Source: an uncultured Chloroflexia bacterium (GTDB taxonomy: Bacteria; Chloroflexota; Limnocylindria; Limnocylindrales; CSP1-4). Taken from it: a stretch of 64,000 nucleotides of DNA. The stretch is taken from contig CAVZHW010000007.1 in assembly GCA_963775225.1 (NCBI GenBank), positions 67,756 to 131,755 on the forward strand, read 5' to 3'. Below are positions 40,182 to 48,439 of the stretch, piece by piece (position 1 is the first letter of the stretch; each line of letters begins with the position of its first letter). The notes under the pieces were generated by a model, which was not told the DNA's origin, ran no database searches, and saw nothing but the letters and a program-made list of their open reading frames with translations. A program made the translations under genes and the position numbers.

Positions 40182-41120
40182 TTGGTCATGCCGATGCCGC
40201 ACAGAACCTTCGCCCAGGTGGCGAAGCGCCGGCTGACGGGCAAGGAGGGCAAGGAGAGGATCCGGGTGGTGCGCGAGCTGATCGCGGAGCTGCCCGATTA
40301 CCGAAACGGGCCGTACGCGGACCTGCGCAAGTGGCTCGTGTCGGAGATCGAGGACACGCGCGTGCGCGCGCGAGCGGTCCATCGTGACTCGATCGCGGTC
40401 CGCCGTGAGGGAGCGGCCCAGATTGCGCTGGTGGGACCGCCCAACGTGGGCAAGTCGTCGCTGCTGCAGGCGCTGTCCGAGATCCAGATCAAGACCGGGG
40501 ACTACCCGTTCACGACGCTGCGGCCGGTGCCGGCACTGACGCGGATCGGCGGCGTGCTCGTGCAATTGGTCGAGATCCCGGGGTTGATCGAGGGCGCTGG
40601 CGACGACCGAGGTGGCGGCCGGGCGCTGCTCGGCGTGCTGCGCTCAGCCGACGCGATCGTCTACTGCCTCCGGGCGTCGGGTGACCCGGCAGAGCTCCAG
40701 GCGGTGCTGGCAGAGATCGAGCTGGCGGGCATCGAGCTGCCGGCCTTCCTCGCGGCGACCCGCGCCGACGAAGCGACCGACGACGACTTCGACCGCCTGC
40801 GACACGCCTTCCCTGAGCTCGACGTGCTGCCAGTTTCGGTCCTCGACGATGCATCGCTTGATGCGCTGCGGGCACACGTCTGGCGGCTGACGGGTCTGAT
40901 CCGTGTCTACCTGCACAACAACGGCGTGGTCGAGGAGACACCCCTGGCGCTCACCCCGCCGGCGACCGTGGCGGATGTGGCCGACGCCGTCCACCACGAG
41001 CTGGCCGAGACATTTGTCGGAGCCCGGTTGTGGGGCCCGTCGGCGCGCTTCGACGGCCAGCGTGTCGGCCGTACTCAGTCTGTCCAGGATGGTGACATGG
41101 TCGAGATACTGAAGGCATGA
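40182..41120 (+). CDS. Obg/DRG-like GTPase with a C-terminal TGS domain
   Basis: G1 GPPNVGKSS, G2 FTT and G3 EIPGLIEGA. The G4 position reads TRAD instead of NKxD. The C-terminal beta-grasp TGS-like domain ends DGDMVEI. An N-terminal coiled region is present. Confidence 0.65.
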   Translation: MVMPMPHRTFAQVAKRRLTGKEGKERIRVVRELIAELPDYRNGPYADLRKWLVSEIEDTRVRARAVHRDSIAVRREGAAQIALVGPPNVGKSSLLQALSEIQIKTGDYPFTTLRPVPALTRIGGVLVQLVEIPGLIEGAGDDRGGGRALLGVLRSADAIVYCLRASGDPAELQAVLAEIELAGIELPAFLAATRADEATDDDFDRLRHAFPELDVLPVSVLDDASLDALRAHVWRLTGLIRVYLHNNGVVEETPLALTPPATVADVADAVHHELAETFVGARLWGPSARFDGQRVGRTQSVQDGDMVEILKA

Positions 41121-41752
41121 CAGTTGCCGAGAACAAGGAGCTCATTCGCCGTTTCGTGAAAAAGGTCTTCGAGGAACGGCGACCCGATGCGGTCGACGAA
41201 CTGGTCGCCGCCGACTTCGTTTCCCACACCTGGCCGGCCGCCGACGGCGACAGCCGCGCCTACTTGCGCCAGGCGGCCGAGCGCATGAGCAAGATGCCCG
41301 GCGAGGTGTCCTTCACAGTCGCGGACCTGATCGCTGAGGGCAATCAGGTGGCGGCCCGCGTGCACGTCAAGGCAACCGTGGGTGGGCAGGGCTACGAGAT
41401 CGGTGAGATCCACATATTCCGGGTGCGCGACGGGCTGATCGTCGAGCACTGGCACCAGTACGACGCGCTGGGCATGCAGCGCCAGCTCAATGGCGCCTTG
41501 TCGGTCGAGCTCGGCGCGGCCTGGCAGGCAGCCGAGAACGCGCTGCCGGCCGATCGGGCGCGCTACACCATCGGCACCGGCTCGATCTCGGCGAGGCGAT
41601 ATTTCGCTGCCGCGCACGACAAGTCCACCGGTGAGCACATCAACGTCGAAGCGCAGTCACCGCTCGATGCGCTGCGCGACCTGACCAAACGACTCAAGCA
41701 GCCCGACCCGTTCGCCAAGAGTGCCCGTGGCGATGCCGGAGGCTCGCCGTAG
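41117..41752 (+). CDS. SnoaL-like ester cyclase family protein
   Basis: ENKELIRRFVKKVFEE...DFVSH...GEIHIFRVRDGLIVEHW matches the ester cyclase or polyketide cyclase SnoaL-like fold. ATGA overlap with the GTPase gene. Confidence 0.65.
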   Translation: MTVAENKELIRRFVKKVFEERRPDAVDELVAADFVSHTWPAADGDSRAYLRQAAERMSKMPGEVSFTVADLIAEGNQVAARVHVKATVGGQGYEIGEIHIFRVRDGLIVEHWHQYDALGMQRQLNGALSVELGAAWQAAENALPADRARYTIGTGSISARRYFAAAHDKSTGEHINVEAQSPLDALRDLTKRLKQPDPFAKSARGDAGGSP

Positions 41753-41755
41753 GCG

Positions 41756-42316
41756 CTACCAGGAGTCGCCCGGGCGCCACTCGCAGCTGATCGGCGCGTC
41801 GAGGTCGAGGGCAGGCGACGAGGGCGTGGCGAGGACCATGATGTAGCTGTCCTCTGCGGCTGAGCGCTCGAGACCGTGCTCGGTGCGCACGAAGGTCGGG
41901 CCGCGCCACGTGCGCCAGCCCAACCGCTCGTAGAACCCGTGACTGCTTGTGCCGAGCGCCCCGAGCTCGAAACCCGCGGCGATGTGCGCGTTCGCCGCGC
42001 GCATCACGGCCGTCCCATAGCCGCGCCGCTCGTGGCCGGGCAGGGTGGCCACCGCTTCCACGTAGCCGGTCCGCAGCGGATGGCCGGCGAGGTGGAGCTC
42101 GCGCTCCACGACAGAGGCGTGGCTGACGATCGCGCCACCGACCGCGAGCAGGAAGTGACGGCCGCCAAGCGCATGCTGCCAGTCGTCGTCCCTGAAACCG
42201 CCGTGCTCATCGGGTGCGAAAGCGGCGGCCAACAGGGCGCGAAGTTCGCCGACTTGAGCGGGCGTCAGCTGCCCAGTCGGAAGCTCGAGAACTGGCATCA
42301 CGCGCAAGTCTGCCAT
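41756..42316 (-). CDS. aminoglycoside 2'-N-acetyltransferase AAC(2')-like GNAT protein
   Basis: The conserved residue pattern DWQHALGG..H...HASVV.R.L....L..GYVEAVA......G.G....A.....GALG.S..FYERLGW..W.GPT and C-terminal CEWRPGDSW match chromosomal AAC(2')-I enzymes. The ORF track extends it to 42472; I chose the MADLRV start. Confidence 0.65.
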   Translation of the reverse strand: MADLRVMPVLELPTGQLTPAQVGELRALLAAAFAPDEHGGFRDDDWQHALGGRHFLLAVGGAIVSHASVVERELHLAGHPLRTGYVEAVATLPGHERRGYGTAVMRAANAHIAAGFELGALGTSSHGFYERLGWRTWRGPTFVRTEHGLERSAAEDSYIMVLATPSSPALDLDAPISCEWRPGDSW

Positions 42317-42338
42317 GCGCCGGGCGGATACTGGGGGC

Positions 42339-43442
42339 GTGGCGCGGCTGTTGGTGATCATCGGCTCGGGGGAGATGGCGCCCGGCATGCGCCGCGTGTA
42401 TCGCGACGTGCTCACCCGCGTGGCTGGTGCGGACCGCGACCCTAGCGCCGTTCGCGGCGCGACCATCGACACGCCCTATGGCTTCCAGCCCAACGCCGAC
42501 ACGCTCACTGCCCAGACACTCGACTACTTCGCGCGGTTGGGTCTCGACATGTCCGTCGCGTCCTTCCGCCGTGCCGACGCCAACCCGCTCGTGCGCGAAG
42601 CGGCCCTGGCCCACATCAGGGCCGCCGACTTCGTTTTCAGCGGGCCGGGCAGTCCCACCTACGCGCTGCGGCAATGGCGTGGCACGCCGATTCCGGACCT
42701 GCTCGCGGCCAAGCTGACCGGCGGCGGCGCGCTGGTGGTCGCCAGCGCCGCTGCGCTGACCCTCGGCCGCGTGACGGTGCCCGTGTACGAGATCTACAAG
42801 ACCGGCGCCGACCCGTACTGGGCCGCCGGGCTGGACATCCTGGCACACGTCGGTCTGGACGTGGCCGTCATCCCGCACTGGGACAATCGCGAGGGCGGTG
42901 ACCACGACACGCGCTACTGCTTCCTGGGCGCGGAACGCCTCGCTCTCCTGGAGCGCGGCCTGCCACCGAACACGTTCATTCTCGGTGTCGACGAGCACAC
43001 CGCACTGGTCGTCGATCTCGAGGCGGGCCGGGCACAGGTCCGCGGCCGAAATGCCGTCACGATCCGCCGCGCAGGGCACGAAACGGCCTTCCGCACGGGC
43101 GAGGAGTTCACGCTCGAAGAGATGAGGACAGCGGCGGGCGTCGGTGCCGCCGACCCGGCGAGCGTGGTGGCCGTCCCGACCATCCAGATGTCGCCCGTGC
43201 CCGACGACGATAGCCACGCGCTCGCCCGGCGGGTGCTGCAGCTCGAGGCGGAGATCAGCCGGCTCGGCGCGCAGGCGCACATGGTCGAGCCGCTGGTCGG
43301 CGCGCTGCTCGAACTGCGGGCCCTGGCTCGCGAGAAGGGCGACTGGACGCTGGCCGACCAGATCCGCGATCGGCTGCTGTCGCTCGGGGTCGAGCTGTCC
43401 GATGCCGCCGACGGGACGACGGCATACCGGCTACGAGCCTGA
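42339..43442 (+). CDS. hypothetical protein with an N-terminal type-1 glutamine-amidotransferase / peptidase S51-like fold and a C-terminal helical region
   Basis: LLVIIGSGE...FSGPGSPTY...GGGALVVASAAA resembles cyanophycinase or peptidase E-like folds. The C-terminus is a predicted coiled coil. The start is uncertain (42315, 42339 or 42375). Confidence 0.4.
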   Translation: MARLLVIIGSGEMAPGMRRVYRDVLTRVAGADRDPSAVRGATIDTPYGFQPNADTLTAQTLDYFARLGLDMSVASFRRADANPLVREAALAHIRAADFVFSGPGSPTYALRQWRGTPIPDLLAAKLTGGGALVVASAAALTLGRVTVPVYEIYKTGADPYWAAGLDILAHVGLDVAVIPHWDNREGGDHDTRYCFLGAERLALLERGLPPNTFILGVDEHTALVVDLEAGRAQVRGRNAVTIRRAGHETAFRTGEEFTLEEMRTAAGVGAADPASVVAVPTIQMSPVPDDDSHALARRVLQLEAEISRLGAQAHMVEPLVGALLELRALAREKGDWTLADQIRDRLLSLGVELSDAADGTTAYRLRA

Positions 43443-43458
43443 CGCGGACACCGGCGCT

Positions 43459-43824
43459 TCAGGGCCCCGACAGTTCCTCGAGGCGAAGCTGGACGATGCG
43501 CGTTACCAGCTCGTCGGGGAGCGGCCGCAGTGCCGTGAAGCGCAGCGTGGCGCGGCCGCTCAGGAAGGGCGCCAGCTGGTCGTGCAGGCTGTCGATCACA
43601 GCGTAGCTCGCCGGAAAGAGGCTGAAGTGCTCACGGAAGGCCGCGTAGTAGACGAGCCGGCGGCCACGGTAGCGGAAGGCCGGCATGCGGTAGCTGATGG
43701 CCTCGGTCGCCTGCGGCGCGGCGGCGTGGATGACCGAGCGCAGGTGGTCGAGCACCACGCGTTGGTCGGCCGCCAGCTGGGCCAGGTAAGCCGCCACCGC
43801 CGAGTCCGTCACCAGCCGATCCAC
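43459..43824 (-). CDS. DUF1801 (YdhG-like) domain protein
   Basis: 121 aa with the typical DUF1801 motifs (AISYRMPAFRYRGRRLVYYAAFREH). Confidence 0.6.
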   Translation of the reverse strand: MDRLVTDSAVAAYLAQLAADQRVVLDHLRSVIHAAAPQATEAISYRMPAFRYRGRRLVYYAAFREHFSLFPASYAVIDSLHDQLAPFLSGRATLRFTALRPLPDELVTRIVQLRLEELSGP

Positions 43825-43825
43825 G

Positions 43826-44776
43826 TCAGCCGCCGATCAAACGGAGCGTCTCGCCGATAGCCCGGATCGAGTCGGGTGTGCGGTAGGTGGTGTTGCTGAA
43901 CGTGAAACCGATGAAACCTGCATCGAGGTAGGGCTGCAGTTCGTGGGCGCACTGCTCGGGCGTGCCGACGAACAGGTTCCTGCGCCGCTCGGGTGGCAGG
44001 CGCTCGACATACGCGCGCACCCCGGCAACGTCGTCGGTGCCGGCATCGACGATCACCGGTGCGTTGACGGCGCGCTCGATGCTCGCCGGGTCGCGCCCGA
44101 TCTCGGCGCAATAGCCGAAGAGGACGTCGGTCTTGTGCTTGAGTATCTCGACCCCGATTGCGAACCAGTGAGTGATGTCGGCGTACCGCGCGGCGATGCG
44201 CAGCGTGCGTTTCTCGCCGCCGCCACCGACCATGATCGGCGGCCCGCCGGGCTGGATCGGCCGCGGATAGTTCAGCGCCTCACTGGCGCGGTAATAGTGG
44301 CCGGCGAAGTCCGTCTGCTCCTGCGTGAACATCCCCTTGATGATCGCGAGCGCCTCCTCCAGCCGATCCATGCGCTCGCGCACCGACGGAAAGTCGTAGC
44401 CGTAGCCGACGTGCTCCTGCTCGTTCCACGCGGCGCCGATACCCAGCATCGCGCGTCCGGCGGAGATGACGTCGAGCGTCGTTGCCAGCTTGGCGAGCAG
44501 CGCTGGGTTGCGGTACGTCACACCGGTCACTTGAGTGCCAAGCCGCACGCGCGACGTCTCGCGCGCCAGGGCGTCGAGCACCGACCAGCCCTCGAGCATC
44601 GGCTCGGCCACCCCGCCCACGCCGGGAATCTGGTACAGGTGATCCATCACCGTGACCTGCCGGAAGCCGGCCTCTTCCGCTGTCTTGACCTGCTCGACGA
44701 CGCGATCGAAGAGCTGTGCCGGAGGAGTGTCGGGGAACGAGTAGTTGGGTAGGTGGAATCCGAACCATGGCTTCAT
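43826..44776 (-). CDS. LLM-class (luciferase-like) F420-dependent oxidoreductase
   Basis: TIM-barrel LLM motifs (FRQVTVMDHL, LGIGAAWNEQEH, IMVGGGGEKRTL). Confidence 0.8.
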   Translation of the reverse strand: MKPWFGFHLPNYSFPDTPPAQLFDRVVEQVKTAEEAGFRQVTVMDHLYQIPGVGGVAEPMLEGWSVLDALARETSRVRLGTQVTGVTYRNPALLAKLATTLDVISAGRAMLGIGAAWNEQEHVGYGYDFPSVRERMDRLEEALAIIKGMFTQEQTDFAGHYYRASEALNYPRPIQPGGPPIMVGGGGEKRTLRIAARYADITHWFAIGVEILKHKTDVLFGYCAEIGRDPASIERAVNAPVIVDAGTDDVAGVRAYVERLPPERRRNLFVGTPEQCAHELQPYLDAGFIGFTFSNTTYRTPDSIRAIGETLRLIGG

Positions 44777-44839
44777 GCGCCGATGCTATTCGACGCACGG
44801 AAATTGGCACTATGTTTTGTGCCGGCCACGAGCCGGCGG

Positions 44840-45853
44840 CTACGCGTAAGTGTCGGCGGGTGTCACCTTGCCCAGGATGCGGCGATACACGAACACGGTG
44901 TAGAGCAGCACGATGGGCACGCCGATCAGGGCCACGATCAGCATCACCGACAGGCTCAGGTCGGACGACGAGGCGTTGCTGACCGTCAGGTCGGCCGAGG
45001 CGACGCGGTCGGGTACCAGCGCCGGGTAGAGCGCCTGGCCCAGGATCGCGATGAGTGCCGCGATCGACAGTGACGAGCCCAGGATCGGCAGCCGGTCGGA
45101 ACGGCCCCACAACCCCCAGCCGGTGAGCGCCAGCGCCGCCACGAAGACAAGCGGCGCGATCCATGCCAGCGGCTGACCGTAGTTGGTCCACAGGTCGGGT
45201 GCGTCGATCGTCGACCACAGTGTGATCGCGAGCCAGAACAGTGCAAAGGCCGCGAACGCGCCGCGACCCGCCAGCCGGGCACGCCGCTGGAGCTCACCCT
45301 CCGTGCGCAGGATCAGCCACGCGGCGCCCTGCAGCAGGAACATCGCCAGGCCGGTCAGGCCCACTGCCAGGCTGAAGGGATTGAGCAGCCCGAGCAGGCC
45401 GTCGTGGTACTCGCCGTCGACCAGGGGCAGCCCACGGGCAACGTTGCCGAGCGCCACCCCGAGCAGCAGCGTGGGCAGCAGCGAACCCAGAAAGAAGACA
45501 CCGTCCCACACGCGCAGCCAGCGCGGATCATCGATCTGGTGGCGGAACTCCATCGCCACAGCGCGCAGGATGAGCCCCAGCAGGAGCAGCATCAGTGCCA
45601 GGTAGAAGCCGGAGAAGACGGTCGCATAGACCAACGGGAATGCAGCGAACAGCGCCCCACCCAGGGTCAGCAGCCAGACCTCGTTGCCGTCCCACACCGG
45701 ACCGACGGCTTGCATCAGGGCGCCTCGCTCAGTCGACGAACGGCCGATGAACGGGCTGAGCACACCGACACCCAGGTCGAAGCCGTCGAGCACGGCGTAG
45801 CCCACCAGGAGCACGCCGATGAGCACGAACCAGATCGTCGCGAGGTCGATCAC
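44840..45853 (-). CDS. cydB: cytochrome bd ubiquinol oxidase subunit II
   Basis: MIDLATIWFVLIGVLLVGYAVLDGFDLGVG is the canonical CydB N-terminus. Polytopic, 337 aa. Confidence 0.88.
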   Translation of the reverse strand: MIDLATIWFVLIGVLLVGYAVLDGFDLGVGVLSPFIGRSSTERGALMQAVGPVWDGNEVWLLTLGGALFAAFPLVYATVFSGFYLALMLLLLGLILRAVAMEFRHQIDDPRWLRVWDGVFFLGSLLPTLLLGVALGNVARGLPLVDGEYHDGLLGLLNPFSLAVGLTGLAMFLLQGAAWLILRTEGELQRRARLAGRGAFAAFALFWLAITLWSTIDAPDLWTNYGQPLAWIAPLVFVAALALTGWGLWGRSDRLPILGSSLSIAALIAILGQALYPALVPDRVASADLTVSNASSSDLSLSVMLIVALIGVPIVLLYTVFVYRRILGKVTPADTYA

Positions 45854-45898
45854 GAGAGCACCTCCGCAGGCTTGGGCTGGGGTCGTTCGGCCGGCTGT

Positions 45899-47245
45899 TC
45901 AGGTGGCGACTCGGCGGGCATGCCGGCGGGCGCCCGCAGCAGGCCCGGCCATCAGCACGCGCCGAACAAGGAAGACCCACAGGGCGAAGAGCGCGATGTA
46001 CACGCCAACGAAACCGAGCAGCGAAACGAGCACTTCAGGCGTGGTCACCAGCGGTGACACGCCATCGGCGGTCTTCATCAGGCCGTACACGATCCACGGC
46101 TGGCGGCCGATCTCGGCAGTCGCCCAGCCGAGCTCGACCGCGATCAGCGGCGCGGGCGTGACGATGACCGCGATCCACAGCCAGATCGCCAGGTCACGAG
46201 CCGTCCGCGCGATCCAGGCAAGCGCGCCGAGCAGCATCGCCAGCAGCATCAGCGTGCCCAGCCCGACCATCAGGTGATAGGTCGAGAAGACGGCGCCCAC
46301 CGGCGGCCACTGGTCGTGCGGGTAGTCCTCGAGACCCTCGATGGTCGCGTTGGAATCGAAACGGGTGAGCAGGCTGAGGAGGTCGGGAATGGCCAGGCTG
46401 GGCAGGTCGGAAGCCCCTTCCTGGCTAGGCGGGAAGGCGAAGATGATCATCGGCACCCCGCTCGACGTCTCGAACAGCCCATTCATGGCGGCGAACTTGA
46501 CGGGCTGGGTGTTCGCCACTTGGCGTGCGTGCGAATCGCCGGTCAGGAACATGCCGACCGAGGCGATGATCGCGACGACCAGCCCAAGGCGGATGCTGCG
46601 TCGGGCGATGTCATAGTGACGGTGCTTGAGCAGGTACCAGGCTCCGACGCCGACCATGATGAAGGCCGCCACGGCCCAGGCGGAAATGATCGGTGTGCGA
46701 AGAAGCGCGGTGAGGGTCGACGGGTTGAAGACGGCTGCCAGAAGTCGGTCAGGACCGCTTGTCGCCCTGGATCTCGTAGCCGGCTGGCGTCTGCATCCAC
46801 GAGTTGGCGACGATGATCCAGAAGCCGGACAGGATGGCACCGAGCGACACCAGCACGGCGCTGAAACCATGCGCAGGCCCGATCCGACGCGGTTGCGGCC
46901 CCACAGCAGGAGGCCCAGGAAGGTCGACTCGAGGAAGAAGGCAAAGACCGCCTCGGCGGCCAGCGGCGAGCCGAAGATGTCGCCGACGAAGGTCGAGTAG
47001 TGCGACCAGTTCGTGCCGAACTGGAACTCCATGACGATGCCGGTGGCCACGCCCACGGCAAAGGTCAGCGCGAAGACCTTCGTCCAGAAGCGCGCCAGGC
47101 GATCCCATATCTCCGACTTCGTGCGCCAGCGGACGATCTCGGCGATGGCGACCAGCAGGCCCAGGCCAATCGACACCGCCGGGAAGATGAAGTGAAAAGC
47201 GGCGGTGAACGCGAACTGGATCCGCGCCAGGTCGACTGCGTCCAT
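45899..47245 (-). CDS. cydA: cytochrome bd ubiquinol oxidase subunit I, with an internal compensated double frameshift
   Basis: N-terminal (MDAVDLARIQFAFTAAFHFIFPAVSIGLG) and C-terminal regions match CydA. Codons about 118-158 (about 46768-46885) are in the wrong frame. The overlapping -1 frame encodes the conserved AHGFSAVLVSLGAILSGFWIIVANSWMQTPAGYEIQGDK helix. Confidence 0.8.
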   Translation of the reverse strand: MDAVDLARIQFAFTAAFHFIFPAVSIGLGLLVAIAEIVRWRTKSEIWDRLARFWTKVFALTFAVGVATGIVMEFQFGTNWSHYSTFVGDIFGSPLAAEAVFAFFLESTFLGLLLWGRNRVGSGLRMVSAPCWCRSVPSCPASGSSSPTRGCRRQPATRSRATSGPDRLLAAVFNPSTLTALLRTPIISAWAVAAFIMVGVGAWYLLKHRHYDIARRSIRLGLVVAIIASVGMFLTGDSHARQVANTQPVKFAAMNGLFETSSGVPMIIFAFPPSQEGASDLPSLAIPDLLSLLTRFDSNATIEGLEDYPHDQWPPVGAVFSTYHLMVGLGTLMLLAMLLGALAWIARTARDLAIWLWIAVIVTPAPLIAVELGWATAEIGRQPWIVYGLMKTADGVSPLVTTPEVLVSLLGFVGVYIALFALWVFLVRRVLMAGPAAGARRHARRVAT

Positions 47246-47365
47246 TGACTACCTCCGGCTCCAACTGCCCCGTGACGTACGCTACGAAGCGGGGCATGCG
47301 CGCGGACGTGCCGTGAGTCACCTGGCGACCATGACCAGCGTCACCAGCGTCACCAGGCTCGGGAT

Positions 47366-48439
47366 ATGAGCGGTGGTCGGGTGTTACAGCGGGTCTTGCC
47401 GCCCGCCAACTCGGGCCAAACGGCACCGGCGGCGCGCGCGTTGGGCGATGATGCTCTGGTCATGATCCGCGCGACTCGCTCCGCGCCTGAGCGTGAAGGT
47501 CTGGTTGTCGGTGGCCTGTGGCTCATCGCCATCGGCTCTGTCTTCGTCGTCCAGCAGCTCACCGCCTGGCCGTGGAGCGAGGCCTGGCCGTTGTTCCTGA
47601 TCATGGCCGGGATTGCCACCGCTCTGACCGCGGTTGTCACCCGCGACTACCACCCCATGGGCCTGTGGCGCGCCTGGTGGCCGCTCGCCTTCACGGTCAT
47701 CGGCGTCGTCCTGCTGCTCAGCACCACCGGCTCGATCGACATCACGCCGGCCCAACTCCTCGTCTGGTGGCCGGTGGCGGTCATCGCGCTGGGGCTCTGG
47801 TTCCTGCTCGGCGCCGTCTTCGCCGGCAGCGCCGGCAGCAGCCCGCAACAGCTCGCGCTGCCGCTCGGCGGCTTGGCCGCGGCCGAGGTCCGGCTGCGCT
47901 TCGCTGGCGGCGAGCTGCGCATCGGCGAAGCGTCGCCGGGCATGCTCGTTTCGGGTACCTTCACTGGCGGCGTCCGCGTCCGGGATCGCTCCCGCCGGGG
48001 CAGGGTCGAACTGCGGCCCTACGCCGAGAGCATGCCCTTCTGGGGTGGCGCGCCGCTGCACTGGGACGTCGGCATCAGTTCACAGATCCCGGTCGATCTC
48101 CGCCTGGAGGCCGGCGCCAGCCGCTCCGACATCGATCTCAGCGCACTGCACGTGCGCCAGCTCGAGCTGCACACGGGCGCCAGTGAGACAACCGTCCGGC
48201 TGCCCACGTCGGGATCGACGTCGTTCCGCGCCGAGGCCGGCGTCGCGTCGCTGACCATCGCGGTCCCCCCGGGCGTGGCCGCCCGCATCCACTCGCGCAT
48301 GACGATCGGCTCGACCAACGTCGATGAGTCGCGCTTCCCGCGCGCCCTCGATGGCTGGCAGTCGGCCGACTACGAGACGGCGGCCAACCGCGTCGACATT
48401 GACCTGCACGGCGGTCTGGGTTCCATCCGGGTGAACTAG
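47366..48439 (+). CDS. LiaF-like membrane protein with a C-terminal toastrack (DUF2154/DUF4097-like) domain
   Basis: N-terminal four-TM region (LVVGGLWLIAIGSVFVV...) and a C-terminal repetitive beta-rich domain (LRLEAGASRSDIDLS...VDIDLHGGLGSIRV). The start may instead be the ATG at about 47464. Confidence 0.6.
   Translation: MSGGRVLQRVLPPANSGQTAPAARALGDDALVMIRATRSAPEREGLVVGGLWLIAIGSVFVVQQLTAWPWSEAWPLFLIMAGIATALTAVVTRDYHPMGLWRAWWPLAFTVIGVVLLLSTTGSIDITPAQLLVWWPVAVIALGLWFLLGAVFAGSAGSSPQQLALPLGGLAAAEVRLRFAGGELRIGEASPGMLVSGTFTGGVRVRDRSRRGRVELRPYAESMPFWGGAPLHWDVGISSQIPVDLRLEAGASRSDIDLSALHVRQLELHTGASETTVRLPTSGSTSFRAEAGVASLTIAVPPGVAARIHSRMTIGSTNVDESRFPRALDGWQSADYETAANRVDIDLHGGLGSIRVN

Noticed and set aside
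42315-42338. ATG at 42315 as start of the S51-like gene
   Set aside because: It overlaps the start codon of the divergent AAC(2')-like gene on the other strand (CATG), leaving no promoter space. A downstream GTG (42339) or ATG (42375) is more plausible.
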